From: the human T2T-CHM13v2.0 reference genome, Homo sapiens
Length of the DNA stretch: 64,000 nt
Reading direction: 5' to 3' (one strand)
Assembly (NCBI RefSeq): GCF_009914755.1
Contig: NC_060936.1
Below, one piece after another: positions 53,798 through 64,000 of this stretch (its first letter is position 1; the number at the start of each line of letters is the position of its first letter). A program made the translations under genes and the position numbers. A model generated the notes under the pieces. The model was given only the letters and a program-made list of their open reading frames with translations, was not told the origin of the DNA and ran no database searches.

Positions 53798-54162
53798 TAT
53801 AATAAATCTCCACTTCTTTAAGATCCTAGGAACAGGATGTGTTTCCTAGTTCAAAAATTTTCAGATTTTGAAAAGGTAATAGCGTGTATTTACCAAATAC
53901 TACCTAGCACTATCCTAGGGGTGTCTGGGGCAAGATGCTATAATCAAACACATAAACATTTCTCCCACAAAACACAAAAATATGAGCACTTTTAAGATGA
54001 AATTAAGACTACAAACAGTTTTACAGCACTGTATGTCAGATTTTGCTGCCAAATGAATTCACATTAGTTCATATTTTAATGCTAAATAAACTACAAAAAA
54101 ATCCTTTGCATATCTGAACCTGTTGGATTTCAGAGTGGCAATTAAGAGACTGTGGACTTGGT
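53798..54162. mobile_element. Ancient Tigger-class (Tigger12-like) DNA transposon
   Basis: cagattttgaaaaggtaata...taatcaaacacat...ttttgctgccaaatga...ttggatttcag...gactgtggact; subfamily uncertain. Confidence 0.6.
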
Positions 54163-54694
54163 CAACTTCCCTTAATAAAATGAAATCCAGAAGGTCCAGG
54201 GTCCATACATAAATGGAGACTTCCAGTGAACAGGAGCAACCAATAAACAACCTAAACTTCCTGCACTGGGGTTTCATTTTCCTCATAGGATTCTCCCACT
54301 TGGTTCCTGACCCGAGGTGGGTCCTACTCTCCTTGAATCTCTGTCTGACCCAAGTGTAGACAAAACCTCTCCCTTAGTTTCCCTTATCTCTGATCAACTA
54401 AGCTAAGATTTTCCAAAAGATTGTACCAAATTCCAAGAAATGCCAAAGAGGAAACAAACACAGCCATGCTGACCCTATTCTTGCTAGCTAACTCTCAGAG
54501 GCTTACAGTCCCCATGGAGCCCACATGAGCCCCCAAGAGAAAAAGAGACTAGATCAATGGCCAAATACCAATGCCATCCTAATCTCCACCACCTAGGGAC
54601 ACAACCCTATATATTTGATACTTCTCTGGTCTACAGTACAGTGGAGAAGACGTTGTCATTTCTCTGACCATATATAGCCACCTACCCAAGCTCA

Positions 54695-55580
54695 TATATT
54701 TATTCAATAAATATTTATTAAGCACCTATTAGTTTCCCCAAATCAACTAAGAACTAGAGATACAACAGTGAGTAAAACACTGAATTTACCCTCATGGAGC
54801 TTCTTAGAAATTGTTTTTCTCTGTATTCTGACAGCACGCATTGTTCACCCCTGTTATAGTACTCAATTCATTCTAATTGTTAAGTGTCAGCTTTCCTTAC
54901 TACAGTTTGAGCTTGTTATGGGAAGCAACCATGTTCTATTTATTTTTCAAGCATATAGTACAATGCTTGGCCTACATTAGGGAGCTAAATGTTGATTGAA
55001 TTAATGAATAAATGAACTGGGATGAGGGCAAACCTGGTTGCTAAATGCTATCCATTTTCTCTTTTAACTATCTGAAAGGAAATCCTTCCTCCTTTTCCCC
55101 ACTGCTGAGCCTTTGCTATCTCTTGGCTGAATTGCTTTAACAGCCTGGTAACTAGTCTCCCTGCCCACAAAATCCACCCTCTACACTGCTACCAAGAAGA
55201 GCTTTCTATAATAGGAATTTGATTCTTCCCCCTTTTGAATTCTACTGCCCACAGAATGAGGATTAAACTCCTTTGAATAACATACATGGCCCTTTACAGT
55301 CTGCCCCAACTGGTTTTTTTCTTATTTTCCAATTTCCTTCTACTTGCTACCGTACAAAGTTTGCCCCAGTTACCGAGAACCACTCGATGTGCCTAAAATA
55401 CCCCCTGCTCTTCCATCTCTGTACCTCTGCTCATGCTGTTCCATTTTTCTTGAATGCTTTCCTACTATTTCTCTCTTCCCGCTCTGTCCCCTACCCTAAA
55501 CCACCTCCCAACCTGAAAAACTCAAGTATTTTTCAGGGACCAGCTCAAGTGTCATTTCTTACACAGAGTTTCTCTATTTC
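54695..55580. mobile_element. Cluster of L2 fragments (both orientations)
   Basis: attcaataaatatttattaagcacctat (antisense end); gttgattgaattaatgaataaatgaa (sense end); aacagcctggtaactagtctccctgcc body. Confidence 0.6.
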
Positions 55581-56697
55581 CTCAGGCAGTCATCCTCATC
55601 CTCTGAAACCAAGCAATAGAGTAAAGGTGGATCCCAGGACAGAGGGCTCTGTTCACACACACTTACACATACCATGCAGCTCAGAGGAGCTAATTCTTGG
55701 CCCCAAATCTGAACTGTGAAATGCATCCCTCATCCTTTAAGAGGCAGTTGCTAAAATGCAAATGTCTGAAAGATGCCTCATATGCAAAGGCTAACCTGAT
55801 GATCCCTTCCATCTTATCAGGGTTTAGTTAATGGCCAGGTGAGCAATAGAATGGGACTGGTGTTAGGAAGAAGGCAGAAGACAGAAAGGAAGAAAAGTGC
55901 TACATAAAAAGAGGTAGCATAAAACAAACTTTCCTTATTTCACCATTTGTCTGGGATCAATCCTGGCTCTGTGTAGTAATCTTGATCATTTGGTCATTTA
56001 GAAAAATCGTAGCACCAGGCACTGTGCAATGTTCTTTTGGAGCCACATATGATTGACAAAGATATGTCCACTATTCTCAAACAGCTTACAATCTAGTGAA
56101 CTATTGAATTCACAAGAATTTCAAGCCATCATTCTATCCAGGACCAGAAGTTCTTTTACCAACCAAACTTAAAGCGAAGAAAATATATTCCTTGAAGTTT
56201 TTCAGACTTCTAAACATTACTTTCTCTATTACACAAAATAAATACGGGAAGCAATGAAGCTGTAAGAAGCCTGCCATAAATATTCTCGATCTCAGCCATG
56301 AAATATGTCCTAATTCTAATATATATAAGGTATCAAGTCAAAGCAAAACCAGGGAATGATATTGAAGACAATTTCATTTCCTCTGCTTTTCTATTCTGCC
56401 TTCTGAACTATAAGTATTCCTTAAAGGGCTGGGCCTAAAGTCTTATGAAATTTTTAGCACAAGAGTTTCAAAGGGAATTTGGATGTGTGCAAAAAGAGGA
56501 GACAATACCTCTAGGAAAAAATGATGGAATCACACTTTTAATATATTTGGTTAAAAATAATGTTACCACTCTTCTAATATAATAGGTCAAGAGAAGCTGA
56601 ACAATCTAACAGATTCTGAAAGGTATCCCTAAGGTAGGTCCACCCTCTCAGTTAGGCAGTAGTAAAAGATCTAAACATAATCAATCAGGCACATTGT

Positions 56698-56753
56698 ATG
56701 TAGCTGTGAGGGTTAGAAGTACAAAATGTAGTTGTGAGGGTTAGAAGTATAAA
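56698..56753. repeat. 28-bp tandem duplication (2 mismatches)
   Basis: atgtagctgtgagggttagaagtacaaa / atgtagttgtgagggttagaagtataaa. Confidence 0.95.
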
Positions 56754-58840
56754 AAACAGTCTATGCATTTACAATCTATTTGGTAAGATGCAGTGTGCCA
56801 ATGAAGAAAGGTAAATATGATAGAATAAGACAAAGGGTAAAGAGATGAGGAACAGTTAAGAAATGAAGGTAGGGGGTAATACTAAAAACTGTTTATTGAG
56901 AAGATTCTACATGCCAAGCACTTTACAACACCTCTGTTAAGTCTCATAAAACCATACAAAAACACAGTGATAAAAAGTTTTCCTCCCTGACAATATCAGG
57001 ACAAACAAGAAACTTTGGTTAAGCAACAAACATTTAGTCTTTACACATTTTAAGTCAAAATATATAAATTTGCATACATCCGCCAATCTTTTGATATAGG
57101 AACAAAGCCTTTTGATCACTGATTTGATGACTGGCGTTCCAATCTTTCTTACATAAATGACACCCAATCCTAGTTGTAATTCCTTAAAGATACTTCTAAG
57201 GGTTGAGGATCATTTTATTCCATTTGGATAGCCAAATATTTCAATATCATTTATTGAAAAGCCTTCTTTTTCCATTAAATTACTCTGGCATTTTTATTGA
57301 AAACCAATTGAATGCATAAGTATAGGTCCATTTCTGAGCCCCATTCTGTTCCATTGATTTGTATATCTGTTCTTATGCCAATACCACATTGTCCTTTATA
57401 GCAAGTTTTAAGGTATTGTAAGTCCCCCAACTTTGTTATTCTTTAAAATTGTATTGACTATTCTAGGTCCTTTGTATTTCCATAAATTTTTTATAATGAC
57501 ATCAATTTCTACCCCCACCCTGAAAAAACCCCACTGGGCTTTTTACTAGGATGGAGATGAGTCTAAAGATGAAGGTAAAGAGAGTTGAAATCTTAAAATA
57601 CTGATTCTTTTGATCCATAAGCACAGTATAGCTTTCCATTTATTTAAGTCTTCAATATTTCTCAGCAATGCTTCATAGTTTTCAGGGTAGGGGTCTTGAA
57701 TATGTTGATATATATGTATAATTTTTTCCATGGTTTTGATGCTACTATAAATAGTATTTTATTTAAATTTTTAAATTGATAATTCTCCAGTAGTATATAA
57801 AAATACAATTGATTTTTGTATATTAACTTTGTATCTTGTAATCTTCCTAAATTCATCTAAGTTCTAGTGATTTTATGTAAATTCCTTAGAATTTTCTGCA
57901 TAGAAAGTCATGTCATTTGTGAAGGAAGATGGTTTTACTCTTTCCTTTCTCATCAATATTCTATTTCTTTTTTGTACTTTATTCCATATGCTACAACCCT
58001 TTGTATAAGGCTGAGTGGAAGCAGTAAAGGCAAACATCCTTGCCTTTTCCCAACCTTGGGGAAAATATATTCACTTTTTCACTATTGAGTATGATGTCGG
58101 CTATAGGTTTTCCATACATATCTTTATCAGGTTGAGGAGGATGTTCTACATTTAGTTTATTGAGAATTCTCAACATGAATGAGTGTTCAATTTTTTCAAA
58201 CTGTTCCCTGCATTATTGAAGTGATCATATATATTTTTCATATTAATATAATGAATTACATTAATTTTCAAATGTTAAACCAACACAGTGTTACTGGGAT
58301 AAACACCTCTTAGATATGATGTATTATCCTTTTTATATCTTGCTGGATTTCCATTAACTAATGTTTTTTGAAGATTTTTGCTCCTATATTCATGAGAAAT
58401 ATTGGTATATAGTTTTCTTATAGTATCTTGTCACTTATTGGTAGGAAAAGAATACTGATAAGGAGTTAGAAAATGTTCCCTCCCCTTCTATTTCCTGGAA
58501 GAGTTTGTGTAGAATTGGTATTGTTCTTTCTTTATACGTTTGGTAGAATTCACCAGTGAAGCCATTTGGGCTTGGCATTATCTTTACAAGAAAAGATTTT
58601 ACCAGGAATTCAGTTTCTTTGATATATAAAGAATGACTTATTATTTTTTTCTTCTTGAGTTAACTTTCGTAGTTTTCTGTCTCTCAAGGTGTTTGTCTAT
58701 TTACCCAAGTTGTCAAATTTATTGACATAAAGATGGTTATAATATTCTTTTATTAGCCTTTTAATTTTGATACGCTCTATAGTGATATCCCCCTTTCTTG
58801 CCTGATGTTGATAATTTATGTTTTATCTCCTCAGTTCTGA

Positions 58841-59225
<385 letters not shown>

Positions 59226-59775
59226 TTAATTTGTGTATACTCTACTTCATTGATTTCCCCTCTTCATTTGTTTTCCTTCTGTTTATTCTGTTTATCTTAC
59301 TCTTCTTTCTCTAGATTCCTAAGGTAGAAGCTTCAGATCATTGATTGTTTATCTTCCTTCTTTTGAATATAATCATTTAATTTTATAAATGTCCCTTGAA
59401 GCGCTGCATTAGCCATATTGTGCAAATTTTACTATGTTGTTGTTTTATTTTAATTCAGTCCAAAATATATCCTGAAGGCCTTTGTGATTTCTTTTTTGAC
59501 TCATGCATTACTTAGAAGTTTAATGTTTAATTTCCAAAATTTAGGTATTTTCTAGCTATAGTTCTCTTTAATTCTAATGTGGTCACAGAACACATTTTGT
59601 ATAATTTCAATCAACTTACACTTGATAAGACTCATTTGATAGAATAAGACTTATTTGATAGAATATTTTCTACCTTGGTAAATATAACATATAAACTAGA
59701 AAAGAATGTATATTCTCTCTCCTGTTGTTTGATGCAATATTCTAGAAAGGTCAATTTGGTCAAGCTGGTAGATTT

Positions 59776-59812
59776 TATATATATAAAATATATATATAAT
59801 AAATATATATAT

Positions 59813-59860
<48 letters not shown>
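59776..59860. repeat. (TA)n-rich tract plus (TG)22 microsatellite at an Alu tail
   Basis: (TG)22 at 59817-59860. Confidence 0.95.
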
Positions 59861-60157
<297 letters not shown>

Positions 60158-60488
60158 TAACCTATCTACATATTTATATTTAACATGGATTTGTCATAGA
60201 TAGCATATAGTTGGGTCTTGCTTTGTATCCAATCTGTCAATATATGCCTTTCAGTGGCATATTTAGGCCATTTATATTTAATATTATTATTAATATGTTT
60301 GGCTCTAAATCATTTTGCTATTTGTTTTCTTTTTTATCTAGTCTTTGTTTCTTCTTTTTTTTTCTTGCCTTTTCTTGAATTGACTGTTTTTTTAGAGTTC
60401 TGTATTACTTCCACCATTATTAGCTATACTCCTTGCCATTGTTTTGATGGTTTCTCTAGGACTAACAATGTGCTTCTTGAAACTGCTA

Positions 60489-60824
<336 letters not shown>

Positions 60825-60892
60825 CTAAATAGATAGTATAGGACACTTCCAACAGTAAATTTCACCCCTCCCCTCATTCTTAGGGCTACTTA

Positions 60893-60997
60893 TGGCTGTT
60901 TTTAATATTTTTCTCTTTATTGCTAATTTTCAGCAGTTTTATTTATAATGTGCCTTATTGTTGTTTTCTTTTTTTTAGTTTGGGATTTACTGAACTT
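60893..60997. repeat. ~105-bp dispersed direct copy of 61482-61598
   Basis: tggctgttt...ctctttattgcta...ataatgtgccttattgttgttttc(T)n...agtttgggatttactgaactt present twice with few differences. Confidence 0.93.
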
Positions 60998-61866
60998 ATC
61001 ATATGTTTTACTTCAATATACATCATAAACCCCACTATACACTGTTTAGTTTTTTGCTTTACATGGCTAGTTATTTTTTCAGGATTTTTAATAATGTTTA
61101 TAAATTCCCACCAATTTACTATGTCTGATGTTCTTCAATCCATTTTGTAGTTCTAAGTTTATATCTGATACCATTTTTCTTTTGCCTGAAAAACGTTAAT
61201 AATTCTGAAATACAAATGTACCATTGACTAATTACCTCAGCTTTTTTTTTCCTCTGAAAGCCTTTATTTTGCCTTTACATAGATAAAAAGATATTTTTGT
61301 ATCTTTTTAAAAGATATTTTTGCTAGGTGTAGAGTTCTTTGTTGAGAGGTTTTTTTTTTTAATGTTTTTCAGTATTTTAAGGACATCAGTCCATTTTTCC
61401 TGACTTGCATATTTTATGATGAGAAGTCTGCTGCTATTTTAACCTTTGTTAGTTTGAATATTATATGTCTTTTTTTCCCTCTGGCTGTTTTAAATATTTT
61501 TCTCTTTATTGCTAGTTTTCAGCAATTTTGTTTATAATGTGCCTTATTGTTGTTTTCTTTTTTTTTTTTTTTTTTTGAGTTTGGGATTTACTGAACTTCT
61601 TAAATCTGTTGATTTATAGTTTTTATCAATTGTTTTCACCAAATAATTTCATATAGTTTTAATCAAATGTGGAATTCTATTTTTATGCATTAATTCTTCC
61701 AATATTTTTCTTTGCTTTTCCCTTCTGGGTCTCTAATTATATACATGTGGACTGATAGATAATTTCCTATGAGTCTCTAAAACAGTTCATACTGTTCTTT
61801 TTACTCTCTGTGCTTCATTTTCTTTTGCTATACTCTAGATCCTTCATATTTTATTACAATGCCTAA

Positions 61867-62310
<444 letters not shown>

Positions 62311-63134
62311 TATAATAGGTCTTTTAATATTCTTTACTAATATTGTGAATATCTTTGTTATTTCTCCGTCTGTTTCTACCATTTTTTTCTTGTTTATGGG
62401 TCATATTTCCTACTGTGTATGTGTGTATGTGCATGTGCACATATTCATGTGTGTAATAATTTTTGAAGCTCCTGTTTAAAATGTGAGACCTTTTTGGCAG
62501 GAAGTAGCATTCAGGTTAGTTTGTTCCTCTTTATGGCATTATCTAATAACCTTTATTTTAGCACTTATTTATCCCTGCCTCTAAGATATGGCTCTTCTGA
62601 GATCTCTATTAAGTCTCAATGAGTTCTTTCTACTCTAGCTTAAGAGAACTAGAATGGCCTCTGGCCCAGTGGGAATTCTGGGAATTGTTCTTCTTATGGC
62701 TCCTTGATAATTGTTTTTTTCCACAGAAAGTAACCTTGTCCAGACATGGAATTTCACCTATAATATGCACAGATTTGAGCAAAAACTCAAAAGGAACCCA
62801 GCGCATATTACCGGAGCTCCTTCTAACCTTAGGAATTCCATCCCACAAAACTCTCATGCCTTATCCTCCCCAAATGCTGATCTCTGTCTCCTCAACTCAG
62901 TCAGATTGCTGGGTTACTCCTCATTGAACCTCAGTCCTGGAATTATCTCCAGGTAAACAGCCTAGAAAAACCTTACTTTTCTTTTCTCAGGAATAATAAT
63001 CCTGTGCTACCCATTGTCCAATGTCTAAAAGTAGCCATTTTCTTTTCCCCCTTCCAATTTTCTAGTTATTTATGGTGGGAGGGTAATTTCAGATTGCCAC
63101 ACTCCCTCATGGCTGGAAGTGAAAGTATCACAAT

Positions 63135-63720
63135 TTTTGTTTCTAATGTTCAAATCAGATCATATAGTTCCTGCTTATAAACCTTCAGTGGCTTCATATT
63201 ACACATGAAATTAAATCCAGTCTTTACCCTGGCCTCTAAAGAAAGATATACATTATCTGGTGCCTGTCTTTTTTTCTGACCTTGATTTCTATCAATCTTC
63301 CCTTGCTCACTATATTCTAGCCACATTTGCTTGCTTTCTGCTCTACACTTCCATACTGGAGCCCTTCACCTTGCTGTTAACCCTTCCTAGGGTAATTCTA
63401 CCATAGAAGAGGCCATCACATAGGGGGCATCCTCTTGTCATTTAACCTCGGTTCAAACTTTACCTTCTCAGTAATGGCTTCACTGAACACACAATACAAA
63501 TTAGCTATTCATCCAATCACCTTTCATTAAAAGATCCCATTTTATTTTCTTAATAGAAATTACTACTGTCTAAAATAATTGTTTATTGATGTGTTTTATC
63601 TGACCACTCCCAGAGCAGAAGATGTAACTGCCATTAGATCTAAGATATGTCTATTTACTCCGGAATATCCACCACCTAGAAGAGTGTCTGCATATACTAG
63701 GTACTCAATATGTGTTGAGT
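63135..63720 (+). mobile_element. L2a
   Basis: caaatcagatcat...accttcagtggcttc...aaatcca...cacctagaagagtgtctg...taggtactcaata. Confidence 0.75.
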
Positions 63721-64000
63721 TACATATTGTTTATTTTTAATGAAAATTCAGAACATAGAGATAGGCTTGTGACCTCGATTGATAAGAAAAGATGGTGCGG
63801 GAATTGAGCCCTTAACGTTGCCACTGCCCTGTCTTTCTAATTGTTCTTTCTTTGCTCCCACTCCTGCTTTATCATCTGCAGCCCTGGCCTAACAGCTAAT
63901 TTGAGAAGACCCAATGATAATGCAGGTTAACTAAGTCTTGGTTGAGTATTTGAGATTTATCTTTATCCAAATTAAAATTGGAATCCTCTTCAATGTCCAT

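Noticed and set aside
55273-55719. 148-aa ORF
   Set aside because: Non-ATG start and mostly within degenerate L2 sequence.

Overview
Primate (human-like) genomic DNA: AT-rich, CpG-depleted and without a CpG island. It reads as intergenic or deep-intronic sequence. I cannot name the locus, and I find no supportable protein-coding gene, RNA gene or CRISPR array; the ORFs I could attribute come from Alu, L1, L2 or microsatellites, and the rest match no protein I recognise. The window is dominated by interspersed repeats: about 15 Alu copies or fragments, L1PA 3' ends, L1MA/L1ME fragments, a ~5.9 kb old L1M, CR1/L3 fossils, L2, MIR, MaLR LTRs and DNA transposons (MER33, MER3, MER20, MER103, Tigger). 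I found no evidence of a novel biological system. The best-supported observations are unusual insertion and repair scars: a tailless ~29-nt Alu 5' end with a 17-bp TSD, a 23-nt Alu 3' remnant with an 18-bp TSD, a tailless twin-primed L1 fragment, a ~105-bp templated insertion and a TSD-less Alu at an apparent L1 deletion. Several repeat-free, motif-dense segments are candidate enhancers, one containing a perfect 20-bp palindrome. Repeat family and subfamily calls rest on recalled consensus sequences, not an alignment, and boundaries of old repeats are approximate.
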